Positions 16,575-24,132 of a stretch of DNA of 39,360 nt are shown in pieces. The stretch lies in IMG/VR virus record IMGVR_UViG_3300005056_000010; one strand, 5' to 3'. The notes under the pieces were generated by a model. The model was not told where the DNA came from. It did no database searches and saw nothing but the letters and a program-made list of their open reading frames with translations. The position numbers and the translations under genes were made by a program. How positions within the stretch are numbered: the stretch's first letter is position 1; every line of letters begins with the position of its first letter. Source of the stretch: a virus.

Positions 16575-16603
16575 TTGACACCGGGGACATCGGCGGACAG
16601 TAT
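16575..16603 (+). promoter_or_regulatory. Candidate promoter TTGACA-17-CAGTAT upstream of the replication module
   Basis: Consensus -35 with a weak -10. The spacer contains GGGGACATCGG, which resembles the operator-like repeat at 12686-12697. Confidence 0.3.
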
Positions 16604-16645
16604 GCGTAGGCGGTCCCGTGGTGGGGCCGGGGAAGTGGAGTTGAT

Positions 16646-16918
16646 ATGGATTACGACACCCATACTGATTGGGAGCGGAATATTGGCTGGGTCATGGACT
16701 CGGCGCAGACGCACTCAGAGCTGGCGGTCCTGCTCGCCATCATGATTCACCCGGGTGGCGTCGCTCCAACGAGAGATCTGGCGGCCCGGGCGAAGGTGTC
16801 CCGTAAGACCGTGATGCGGGCGGTGCGAAAGTTCGAAGGGCGTGGCGTGCTGACGGTCCAGCGCGTTGTAGGGGAGGCGAGCTACTACACGCCGAACATT
16901 CCCGAGGTGTCGGCATGA
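16646..16918 (+). CDS. Winged-HTH DNA-binding protein (90 aa)
   Basis: ELAVLLAIMIHPGGVAPTRDLAARAKVSRKTVMRAVRKFEGRGVLTV is a MarR/Rep-like wHTH pattern. GGAAGTGGAG lies upstream of the ATG. Confidence 0.55.
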   Translation: MDYDTHTDWERNIGWVMDSAQTHSELAVLLAIMIHPGGVAPTRDLAARAKVSRKTVMRAVRKFEGRGVLTVQRVVGEASYYTPNIPEVSA

Positions 16919-17262
16919 ATCACGAGCAGCGCATGAGGCTCAGGTATGGCTACTTCGTGGCTGAGTATGGGGATCCAGATACGGACACTCTCTCCGTTAC
17001 ACTCCAGAAGGACACCGAGATGGGTGAGGGGTGGTGGGCGTTCTGGACCGTTGAGCACGAGACGCTAGGGGGCGGACCGTACAGCACCCCCACTACGGGC
17101 AAGGTCGCAGTTACGAAGATGATGAGGGCGGGTGGTTGGGACAGGCGCGGTGGCTGGGTTGACCACGCAGCAAACGTGCGTGGCCTGCCTTATGGAGAGC
17201 AACTGGCCATATGGGAATCCGAAAACGTTGTTAGGCGTCTAGCGGGCGGCCTAAAGCGGTGA
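16915..17262 (+). CDS. Hypothetical protein (115 aa)
   Basis: ATGA/GTGA overlaps on both sides. Confidence 0.5.
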   Translation: MNHEQRMRLRYGYFVAEYGDPDTDTLSVTLQKDTEMGEGWWAFWTVEHETLGGGPYSTPTTGKVAVTKMMRAGGWDRRGGWVDHAANVRGLPYGEQLAIWESENVVRRLAGGLKR

Positions 17263-18944
17263 AGACATCGGAAGCTCAGGTTTTCGCGGCTAAGGAGCTG
17301 ATGCGGGCGCTCATGCTGTCGTCCGGTCTCACACACACGGAGAAGATGATTGTGATGACCGTCGGCTACGCCCTTGGTTCGGACTGGGAGAACGTGAGCG
17401 TGCCGAGGGAGTACCCGCTGTCGGTCCTGTCTGAGTGGTCAAGCATGTCGACCAGGACGTGCTCAAGGGCGCTCAGGTCTTCCGCCAAAAAGGGGTTCGT
17501 CAAACTGCTTGGGAAGGATGGGATGAAGCTTAGTTTCGCTGTCCACATTACCAAAGATGGCGGGCCGATGCTGGCGGTAACCCCCGCCAGAGAGTCAGGG
17601 GTACCTACGCCAGAGAGTCAGGGGTTGGACGGAATAACCCCTGACAGAGAGTCAGGGCCACCCCTGACAGAGAGTCAGGGGGCACACGACAGAGAGTCAG
17701 GGGACCCCCGCCAGAGAGTCCGCACAGATACAGATCACACAGATCACCACGGAGGGGGTACAGACGCGGGAGGCCGCCCCTCTCTCGGAAATGGGAATGA
17801 AGATGAAGTTGAAGTGGAAGTTACGAATCGAGGCTGTGGAGACGTGGATGGATGGGATGGACAGCTACGCCAAATGGACCCGTCGCGAGGTCAGTTCTGT
17901 CATCAACACGGTGAAGCAACTCAAGGACAGGGTGGTCGAGCTGGAGAAGTTCAAGGCTCAGACGGACAAGATGCTCCTCAGCGCGAAGTTCAAAGCCGTG
18001 TTCGATCGGCTGAAGAAGCTGGAGGCACCACAGGAGAGGGCGCTGAGGGTGGACCTCGATATCGACGCCCGCCTGAAGAAGCTGGAGACGTTCGCATTCG
18101 AAAGCTGCCCGAAGGCGCTGTGCGATCTGGTGGTCGCAGCCAAGGAGGACCGGGAGCGCCAACACCGGATGCTGAAGAGGCTCAGGACCGAAATGCGGCG
18201 AGGCCTCGACGCGACGGACAATTGGGTGGGCGACCTGGAGGCGAAGGTCGAAGACCTCAACACCCCACCCAGCATCAGCGACGCGGAGATGGCCGAGGTG
18301 ATGCGGGAGGCGTACGTGCCGAACATGCGACCGGCAACGCTGAGCGAGTTGGAGAGAGAGCAAGCCGCCCATTGGGGCCGCATTCAGACCGAAATCAAAG
18401 CAATGGAAGCAGAGCGGGACACCTGTCGGGACCGCCGAGCGTGGAAACGCATTCTGGCCGACATCAAAGTGGCGGAGGACTCTCGGGACGCCCATTGGGA
18501 CTCAATGGAGCTCCAACTCAAGGCACGCAGGGAGTCACTCCAGACCCAGTCGACCAGTGGATGAGGTCGCTAAACGAGGCGTGCACTCCAAAGCCGAGCG
18601 TGTTCGATGATGCTGCATGGCTCGGGCTGGTGAAGGACATCGGCGACCGTGCGGGCATGGGGTCGATGTCCATACTTCGGCAGCTCGCCCAGTGGGTGAA
18701 GGAGGGCCACGCGCTGTTCGAAGACCAGGGCGTCCACACAGCGGCCGATAGGGTCGCGGCCCTTGCCGAGGGGTACGCGAAGCTGGTGGAGGCCGGCAGA
18801 GGGGCCCCACGGGCCTTGTGGGTGGTGGAGAAGGGGTGCGCGGAGATAGCGAAGCGGCGGAAGGAGAGCGCTGGGGTTCGAAAGCTGAGCCACCGAGACC
18901 CCAACGCAGCGACGTACTCGGGTGGTGATTGGAGTGGAATGTGA
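17259..18944 (+). CDS. Replication-initiator-like ORF. The N-terminal wHTH and iteron-encoded linker (17259 to about 17720) are convincing; the rest of this stop-free frame up to about 18560 is probably not the coding frame.
   Basis: The N-terminus THTEKMIVMTVGYALG...LSEWSSMSTRTCSRALRSSAKKGFV is wHTH-like. Iterons are embedded as in lambda O. Between about 17790 and 18560 the product is Gly/Arg filler and third positions are A/T-rich. Confidence 0.5.
   Translation: MKTSEAQVFAAKELMRALMLSSGLTHTEKMIVMTVGYALGSDWENVSVPREYPLSVLSEWSSMSTRTCSRALRSSAKKGFVKLLGKDGMKLSFAVHITKDGGPMLAVTPARESGVPTPESQGLDGITPDRESGPPLTESQGAHDRESGDPRQRVRTDTDHTDHHGGGTDAGGRPSLGNGNEDEVEVEVTNRGCGDVDGWDGQLRQMDPSRGQFCHQHGEATQGQGGRAGEVQGSDGQDAPQREVQSRVRSAEEAGGTTGEGAEGGPRYRRPPEEAGDVRIRKLPEGAVRSGGRSQGGPGAPTPDAEEAQDRNAARPRRDGQLGGRPGGEGRRPQHPTQHQRRGDGRGDAGGVRAEHATGNAERVGERASRPLGPHSDRNQSNGSRAGHLSGPPSVETHSGRHQSGGGLSGRPLGLNGAPTQGTQGVTPDPVDQWMRSLNEACTPKPSVFDDAAWLGLVKDIGDRAGMGSMSILRQLAQWVKEGHALFEDQGVHTAADRVAALAEGYAKLVEAGRGAPRALWVVEKGCAEIAKRRKESAGVRKLSHRDPNAATYSGGDWSGM
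17588..17720. repeat. Iteron array (candidate origin of replication): 5 full and 1 partial copy of CAGAGAGTCAGGG
   Basis: Copies start at 17588, 17611, 17645, 17668, 17690 and 17712 (partial). Spacings are 23, 34, 23, 22 and 22 bp. Copies 3 and 4 extend to the palindrome CCCTGAC-AGAGA-GTCAGGG. An ACAGATCAC x2 repeat follows. Confidence 0.8.
17791..18564 (+). CDS. Coiled-coil protein (257 aa) in the +1 frame of the initiator ORF; possibly the initiator's C-terminal domain
   Basis: K/E/L/R-rich heptad-like sequence with G/C-rich third positions. This frame is open from 17668. Confidence 0.6.
   Translation: MGMKMKLKWKLRIEAVETWMDGMDSYAKWTRREVSSVINTVKQLKDRVVELEKFKAQTDKMLLSAKFKAVFDRLKKLEAPQERALRVDLDIDARLKKLETFAFESCPKALCDLVVAAKEDRERQHRMLKRLRTEMRRGLDATDNWVGDLEAKVEDLNTPPSISDAEMAEVMREAYVPNMRPATLSELEREQAAHWGRIQTEIKAMEAERDTCRDRRAWKRILADIKVAEDSRDAHWDSMELQLKARRESLQTQSTSG
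18561..18944 (+). CDS. Hypothetical protein (127 aa) just upstream of the helicase (helicase-loader position)
   Basis: The ATG overlaps the stop of 17791..18564 (ATGA). The sequence is protein-like (MRSLNEACTPKPSVFDDAAWLGLVKDIG..). Functional role is inferred from position only. Confidence 0.5.
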   Translation: MRSLNEACTPKPSVFDDAAWLGLVKDIGDRAGMGSMSILRQLAQWVKEGHALFEDQGVHTAADRVAALAEGYAKLVEAGRGAPRALWVVEKGCAEIAKRRKESAGVRKLSHRDPNAATYSGGDWSGM

Positions 18945-20314
18945 ACGCATCTTTTGAGGCCGAGCTATCAGTACTCGGCGCAGTGTTCTCCAGTCGTTCC
19001 GCACTCGATAAATGCGCGGACGTCATCACAGCCAGCATGTTTGGCGACCCAAAGCATCAGCTCATCTGGACCGCCATGATGAAGCTCGACAGCGAGGCAA
19101 AACCCATCGACGTGGTGTCTGTCGGCGTCGCACTAGAGGCCATGGGCGTCAATACCCAAGTGGGCGGGCTAGGCTATCTGGCCAAACTGCAGATGAGCGT
19201 CGCAAGCTCCATCGGCGCAGAGGGCCACGCGGGAGTGGTCAAGGACGCGCACCGGACCCGGCAGCTCAAGCTCGCAGGTGCCGAGGTTGTGCGCATCGCG
19301 TCCGACGCATCGATGGACATAGAGGAGTCACTTCGAGCCGTTGACACCCTGTTGGCTACAATGCTCGACGTCCCCACCAGAGGTGAGTCGATCCAGTACC
19401 AGGCGGAAAGCGCGAGGGCTTTAGCGAAGGAACTTCAGGACGTAGCCAACGGCATCAAACCGCGGCGGATTCCCTTCGGATTCAACCTGAGCGACCTGAA
19501 CCTCGCCACATGTGGAGGGGCTGACCCCTCCTGCGAGCTCATCCTGGTAGGTGCGAGGTCTGGCCACGGCAAGACGGCACTTGCTGACCAACTGGCAGAC
19601 GAGATAGGGCGCATGGGTGAGGGCGTGGTCGCTTACTTCAGCGTTGAGGTTGCGGGGCATAAGCTTGAGATGAGGCGACAGGCCAGGCGCAGCGGCGTTC
19701 CCATGCAGGATATCAAGCAGTGGACCTTCTCGCAGCCTGGTGCGGATGATCGGGTCATCAACCAAATGCACCAGGTGATACGCACGTCCACAGAGAAACT
19801 CAATGCGGGGGTAGTGACCTTCTCAAAGGGGCGAATCGATGTGGGTTATATCTCGCGCAAGGTTCGACAACTGTGCAGGCGGGGAAAAGTCGCCGCAGTC
19901 TTCGTCGACTACTGGCAGGCCATCGAGATTGAGGGCAATTTCAAAGATGGGCGGATGAAGCTGGACGCAATAGCGGGCGCGCTCAAGGCTATCCAACTTG
20001 AGAACGGTGTGGCGATGTTCGTATGCGCGCAGCTCAACCGAAGCGAGCGGGGCCCGGTCAAGCGTCCGACGTATCGGGACATCCGAGGGTCGGACCGGCT
20101 GTACCACGATTCATCGATAGCGCTGCTGCTGCATCGGCCAGCGGCTGAGAATCAGGATCTGGTCCACACTGACAAGCGGACCGAGGACATGGAGATAATC
20201 GTGGCCAAGAATCGAGAGGGGCCGACGTTCAATATGGAGATGCTGCACCAGCCAGACTGCGGCCGGTTCTGGTCGCAGCACTTTGGGTGGAAGCGGTTGG
20301 GGGATGCGCCATGA
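18941..20314 (+). CDS. dnaB: DnaB-family replicative DNA helicase
   Basis: N-terminal domain AELSVLGAVF...HQLIWTAM. Walker A GARSGHGKT, Walker B AAVFVDYWQ, then CAQLNRS. GTG at 18941 overlaps the upstream stop (GTGA), with GGAG 6 nt upstream. Alternative TTG start at 18929. Confidence 0.85.
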   Translation: MNASFEAELSVLGAVFSSRSALDKCADVITASMFGDPKHQLIWTAMMKLDSEAKPIDVVSVGVALEAMGVNTQVGGLGYLAKLQMSVASSIGAEGHAGVVKDAHRTRQLKLAGAEVVRIASDASMDIEESLRAVDTLLATMLDVPTRGESIQYQAESARALAKELQDVANGIKPRRIPFGFNLSDLNLATCGGADPSCELILVGARSGHGKTALADQLADEIGRMGEGVVAYFSVEVAGHKLEMRRQARRSGVPMQDIKQWTFSQPGADDRVINQMHQVIRTSTEKLNAGVVTFSKGRIDVGYISRKVRQLCRRGKVAAVFVDYWQAIEIEGNFKDGRMKLDAIAGALKAIQLENGVAMFVCAQLNRSERGPVKRPTYRDIRGSDRLYHDSSIALLLHRPAAENQDLVHTDKRTEDMEIIVAKNREGPTFNMEMLHQPDCGRFWSQHFGWKRLGDAP

Positions 20315-20326
20315 ATGGAGAGAACG

Positions 20327-20593
20327 ATGGCAGTTAAAGTGCTTGAGATTGTGGCCGAGGGCGGGGGTCGGACTAGCTGTCCAAATGCAGCCGGGACTCT
20401 GGTGCAGCTCAAGTCTGGAGGCCCAGTCATGACAGTGTCGAGCCACCTAGAAGGAAGCAGCTACGGCGTCTACTGGTTCGACAAGGACGACGTGCAGCAG
20501 CGTGGGTACTTCCACCCCAACGCGTTGGATGTGGTCGAGTCTGCGCCGCTGCCCGCCTGGCGTCCTCGGCGCCCGGATGGCTCAAGCGGCTGA
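20327..20593 (+). CDS. DUF2158/YodC-like small protein
   Basis: LVQLKSGGPVMTV...YWFDKDD...FHPNAL matches the YodC-family signature. GGAGAG lies upstream of the ATG at 20327. Alternative ATG at 20315. Confidence 0.6.
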   Translation: MAVKVLEIVAEGGGRTSCPNAAGTLVQLKSGGPVMTVSSHLEGSSYGVYWFDKDDVQQRGYFHPNALDVVESAPLPAWRPRRPDGSSG

Positions 20594-20640
20594 CTGCTGG
20601 CGCGCCTGTATGGGCTGGGCGAATAAACCTTCGAAAGGCC

Positions 20641-20669
20641 TTGACTGGGCCTAGGGGTGACCCTATGGT
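20641..20669 (+). promoter_or_regulatory. Sigma70-like promoter TTGACT-17-TATGGT ahead of the accessory gene block
   Basis: Hexamers at 20641-20646 and 20664-20669 with an exact 17-nt spacer, in a 118-bp intergenic gap. GGTTGTACA overlaps the 3' end of the -10 hexamer, and the same motif recurs at 25331. Confidence 0.5.
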
Positions 20670-20711
20670 TGTACACAGCTGAGGCCTACTGAGGGCCGGA
20701 GGGAATGCAGG

Positions 20712-20939
20712 ATGAGTAAGACAACTGGTGAGGTGCCGTTGGACCGCTGGGAGAAGGAGACTCTCGCGAGCGTATGGGCGTTGATTTTGGTGGCTACTGA
20801 GCCGCCCGTGGTAGGCCCGTACAGTAAGTGCGACGTTAAGTGCCCTATCGACGTCCTGCGTTTGGTTGCCGGTAAAGCAGAGGCGGATGGGCTGGATGTC
20901 GTGTGGGCCCGCGATATGACAACGATGGTGGTGTCATGA
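20712..20939 (+). CDS. Hypothetical protein (75 aa)
   Basis: GGAGGGAATGCAGG lies upstream of the ATG. First ORF after the promoter. Confidence 0.55.
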   Translation: MSKTTGEVPLDRWEKETLASVWALILVATEPPVVGPYSKCDVKCPIDVLRLVAGKAEADGLDVVWARDMTTMVVS

Positions 20940-21133
20940 GCACGCCCAGGAGAGTGTGCCTGCCCGATGAGGCCAACGAGCGCTTGGACCGGCTGAAGGC
21001 TAACACGGGGCGCACGATTAGCGATGTGGTCGATAGGTCGCTGGCGCTCTATGAGGTGGCGCTCTACCACGCCAAGAATGGTGAGCTGCTTATTCGTGAT
21101 GCGGCCGGGCCGGATGTGAAGGTGATGCTGTGA
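20936..21133 (+). CDS. Ribbon-helix-helix (CopG/Arc-like) DNA-binding protein (65 aa)
   Basis: RRVCLPDEANERLDRLKANTGRTISDVVDRSLALYE fits a beta-strand, helix, helix pattern. ATGA overlap upstream. Confidence 0.6.
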   Translation: MSTPRRVCLPDEANERLDRLKANTGRTISDVVDRSLALYEVALYHAKNGELLIRDAAGPDVKVML

Positions 21134-21411
21134 GCCATCCCGTCGCCGAGAGGTTCGATATCTTCGTGGAGTCTTCCTTCGCTATCGGTCGGCCCATGCG
21201 GGGCGTTGTCGATGGTGTCGAGGTTACTACCGCGCCGCTGACTTACGTCTACGGAAGTGAGACGCGCAACCCGCGCTCGGCTGTTACGTGGGCGGATGTG
21301 CACCTGATGGATGGCGACCATAAGCGCTGGGTGGTTCGGGCACGGGGGTTCGTCGTGGGGCGGCTTAGGGCTCAGTGCTCATCTAGGCGTAGGCAGGAGG
21401 TTTTGTTGTGA
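21130..21411 (+). CDS. Hypothetical protein (93 aa)
   Basis: GTGA overlap with the RHH gene. Confidence 0.5.
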   Translation: MSHPVAERFDIFVESSFAIGRPMRGVVDGVEVTTAPLTYVYGSETRNPRSAVTWADVHLMDGDHKRWVVRARGFVVGRLRAQCSSRRRQEVLL

Positions 21412-21767
21412 GTGCGTCTGATGACCCTGATGTGCCTGCGTGGCTTGTGGCTATCTCTCGAGACAAGGCGGCCGCGAGCCTCAAGACGCTGCTTGGTGAG
21501 TCGCCTGATGACTGTCCGCTGTGTGGGTCGCCTGCTATCGACTTCGAAATGGACGGCCTGGCAGACAAAGAGCGCAGTCGGGACCGCCGAGCGTGGGCGT
21601 ACCTGCGGAAGATTGTGGGCGGGATGATGCCCGATGAGGTGCCGCAGTATGCCAAGGGCGCCTACTACGACGCTAAGCGGCTGTTCCAGGAGGTTGCGGC
21701 CCCGGATGATGGGGTGAAGGCTGCGGCGCCTAGGGTGCTGATTGTTGAAAGGGGGGTGAAGTTATGA
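21408..21767 (+). CDS. Hypothetical protein (119 aa) with one CPLC motif
   Basis: GTGA overlap upstream, ATGA overlap downstream. Confidence 0.5.
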   Translation: MSASDDPDVPAWLVAISRDKAAASLKTLLGESPDDCPLCGSPAIDFEMDGLADKERSRDRRAWAYLRKIVGGMMPDEVPQYAKGAYYDAKRLFQEVAAPDDGVKAAAPRVLIVERGVKL

Positions 21768-22102
21768 GTGATTGGATTCCCGCGTTCGCGCTGCTCGTAG
21801 CGTCGCTGCACTTCGTCGGCGGCATGGTTGGCTTGTTCATACTGCTCATCCGGCGTGAGCCGCAGTCCGCATCTGAGTGCGACGTCGTCGACCTGGACAT
21901 GCGTATGGTGTGGGTGGTTACGGTCCATGGTCAGGTTGATAGCGTGTGGCTTGGGAAGATTGAGGCCATGCGTGCGATGCACAGCTACATATCTAGCTCG
22001 AAGCCCGACATGGGCCCCGTCGTGCGTCATCCCTGCGGCGGCTTGACGGCTATCGACCTTGAGCTTGAGTACAGGCGGCACTTGGTTATGGGGCCCGTAT
22101 GA
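21764..22102 (+). CDS. N-terminal TM protein (112 aa)
   Basis: WIPAFALLVASLHFVGGMVGLFILLI is hydrophobic. ATGA overlaps on both sides. Confidence 0.5.
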   Translation: MSDWIPAFALLVASLHFVGGMVGLFILLIRREPQSASECDVVDLDMRMVWVVTVHGQVDSVWLGKIEAMRAMHSYISSSKPDMGPVVRHPCGGLTAIDLELEYRRHLVMGPV

Positions 22103-22440
22103 GTGACTTGAAGCCGTGTCCATTCTGTGGGTCTGAGGCTGAGTTGCTGGGAGGTATTGAAGCCCCCGAGTTGCGCGGTCTTGTGACGTGCTCGAGCCGG
22201 GAGTGCGGACTGGCTTACTGCTGGGGTGACTACACGGTTTGCCAGGTTGGCGTGAAGCTCGGTGTTGAGGCTTGGAATACGCGGCCTGGGGAGGGCGCTA
22301 CCACCAAGGCGCCATATCATCACTGGCTAGGCCATGAGGCAGGCCCGGGGGTGGAGGCTGAGTCGTTAGATAGAGCGCTGCGTGGGGTTGACGTAATCGG
22401 CGCGGGCTTGGACGGGGTCGTGAGGGAGGGGGAGTCGTGA
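22099..22440 (+). CDS. Lar-family restriction-alleviation-like protein
   Basis: LKPCPFCGSEAEL...VTCSSRECGL...GVEAWNTRP matches the Lar signature (CPFCG ... C..C ... AWN.R). Confidence 0.6.
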   Translation: MSDLKPCPFCGSEAELLGGIEAPELRGLVTCSSRECGLAYCWGDYTVCQVGVKLGVEAWNTRPGEGATTKAPYHHWLGHEAGPGVEAESLDRALRGVDVIGAGLDGVVREGES

Positions 22441-23033
22441 ATGAGAAGAGACTCGTGCGGATGATTATGGCTGCGGACGGCCGGTTCATATCGTATGCCC
22501 GCACGCTAAGCAGGCTGCGTACGATAAGGAAGACGCCCGAGTTTCGGGAGCGGGTTCGGGAGCTTAAGGCGGATGTGGAGTCCATTATGAAGGGCAGCTA
22601 CACGCACCTTGCGGTCGTTGCGGCGTTTATAGAGCTGGCTGACCCTCCTGGGGAGGTTGCATCAGCTAAGCTCACTGCTGCGGGCCTGTGCTTCTCATCC
22701 CTTGAGGGCGGCTTGCGTCTGGTCGTTAGCGTTCCCGGCCGTGGGCTGGCGGACTACTGGACCGGGTCGGCTGTATGGCGTCTGCGCGATGGGCACAAGG
22801 GCCTCGGGGTTGAGTCGCTGATTGTGTACGTGGGTGAAGGTGTGGAGGCATGGGCGCGGGCTGTTGCCGCGCTGAATGAGGACACGAATGATTTGGACAG
22901 GGTCGGGCGCCTAGATGGTTGGTTCGGCGAAGGTCTATGGCAGCAGCAGTCTGGGGGTGCAGGATGCTCATGTGAGAGGCATCTCCCTGGTGGCGACCCA
23001 GGGTACTGCAAGCACTGCACGGACAGAATGTAA
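22437..23033 (+). CDS. Hypothetical protein (198 aa) with a Cys-rich C-terminus
   Basis: GTGA overlap upstream. The C-terminus is CSCERH...CKHC. Confidence 0.5.
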   Translation: MNEKRLVRMIMAADGRFISYARTLSRLRTIRKTPEFRERVRELKADVESIMKGSYTHLAVVAAFIELADPPGEVASAKLTAAGLCFSSLEGGLRLVVSVPGRGLADYWTGSAVWRLRDGHKGLGVESLIVYVGEGVEAWARAVAALNEDTNDLDRVGRLDGWFGEGLWQQQSGGAGCSCERHLPGGDPGYCKHCTDRM

Positions 23034-23150
23034 AAACGTCGCGATATCAACGCGTTGTAGGGGGTGGGGTTTCTTTTGTGGGGGCCCTAAAACCGCATGC
23101 GGAAATCCGACCCGATTTTGTATCTATTTGAGAACCCTGGAGTTTTGAAC

Positions 23151-23660
23151 ATGACCGATAGCAACCGAATTCAACGACCGGACCTGTACACCCCGATGAC
23201 TGCGATGATTGACGCTGTCGATGCGTACTCGACGCAGGCGGCGTTGACCGCAGTGCACGATATCCGCACTCAGCTTGGCCCGCTGCTTTTCACTGAGTGG
23301 TACCGCACGGTCCGCTTCGCGGTGTGCCCAGGTGCCGGCTCATCGACGTCGGCCGTCATGCTTGCCGAGGACCGAAGCTGCCTCTTCATCACGAAGGGCC
23401 GGCATCACTACCTGAGGCGGATGATACTTGAGACGAACGGCCCTGGAGGATACCAGTCCAACACCGTCGCGCTTGTCGATAGCGCCAAGTTCGACGGAAG
23501 CAACATCAGCCAAGAGCTGCTGATATTCGACCACGACTTGCTGACCGAGGCCGATATCAAAAGGGTGCTGAGCGCAGTCGTGACCAAGGCATACAACCCG
23601 CTCGTCCTCATCATCGGGCACGGCGAAAGAACCCACAGCGGTCCCGGACTGCCATCATGA
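23151..23660 (+). CDS. Hypothetical protein (169 aa)
   Basis: ATG preceded by CTGGAGTTTTGAAC. It is the internal start of track ORF 23097..23660. Confidence 0.55.
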   Translation: MTDSNRIQRPDLYTPMTAMIDAVDAYSTQAALTAVHDIRTQLGPLLFTEWYRTVRFAVCPGAGSSTSAVMLAEDRSCLFITKGRHHYLRRMILETNGPGGYQSNTVALVDSAKFDGSNISQELLIFDHDLLTEADIKRVLSAVVTKAYNPLVLIIGHGERTHSGPGLPS

Positions 23661-23677
23661 GCGCTGGAGTTTTAAAC

Positions 23678-23821
23678 ATGAGTCCCATTCTAGAAGGGTC
23701 GGTGCCATTGGTGGCGGCTGCCCAAACGTTGGAATTCGCCGACCGGAAAGCTTCGCGCAGTCTCACAGGATTACGCGCCGCCACCAATGGCGCTGACCTG
23801 GGGTTGGAGGAAACGGCATGA
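23678..23821 (+). CDS. Small ORF (47 aa), absent from the ORF track
   Basis: ATG preceded by CTGGAGTTTTAAAC, nearly identical to the leader of 23151. The stop overlaps the next ATG (ATGA). Confidence 0.45.
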   Translation: MSPILEGSVPLVAAAQTLEFADRKASRSLTGLRAATNGADLGLEETA

Positions 23822-24132
23822 GCATGCTGGCTTCGCCTGACTGGGCTCGACGGCCCGGTCTTGATACCGTTTGCGCGCATCATGTGGGTGTCGGCGATGC
23901 CCGAGGTGGCGCCATGACCCGGGACGAAGCGGTGGCGGCCCTTTCGATTGAGGCTGAGGCTCACCCACTCGTGAGGATTGCGGTTGCCAGGCTGCGGGAC
24001 GACGGCGAGGACCCCACGAAAGTGCTGGTCGATTTGGCGCTCGGACTGGCCATGACCAAATCCGCGATGAACGTGAAGCTAGGGCGAGTCTTGGGGCTGG
24101 ATGCTGAGAAGTGGCTGGGGGATGAGCGATGA
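23818..24132 (+). CDS. Hypothetical protein (104 aa)
   Basis: ATGA overlaps on both sides. Confidence 0.5.
   Translation: MSMLASPDWARRPGLDTVCAHHVGVGDARGGAMTRDEAVAALSIEAEAHPLVRIAVARLRDDGEDPTKVLVDLALGLAMTKSAMNVKLGRVLGLDAEKWLGDER

Noticed and set aside
16504-16578. 24-codon ORF (MTSTDTSGLRQRIREHRESLRITC) with an ATGA overlap to the upstream gene.
   Set aside because: It is too short, and there is no independent support.
17588-17720. Regularly spaced short repeats considered as a possible CRISPR-like array.
   Set aside because: The repeats are only 13 bp, with 9-21-bp gaps between them. They lie inside a wHTH initiator gene, and no cas genes are present. Iterons fit much better.
23034-23100. 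Palindromes AACGCGTT and CCGCATGCGG, and a G-rich run after the 22437..23033 gene, considered as a terminator.
   Set aside because: The stems are too short, there is no loop, and no U-tract follows. I found no convincing intrinsic terminator anywhere in the window.
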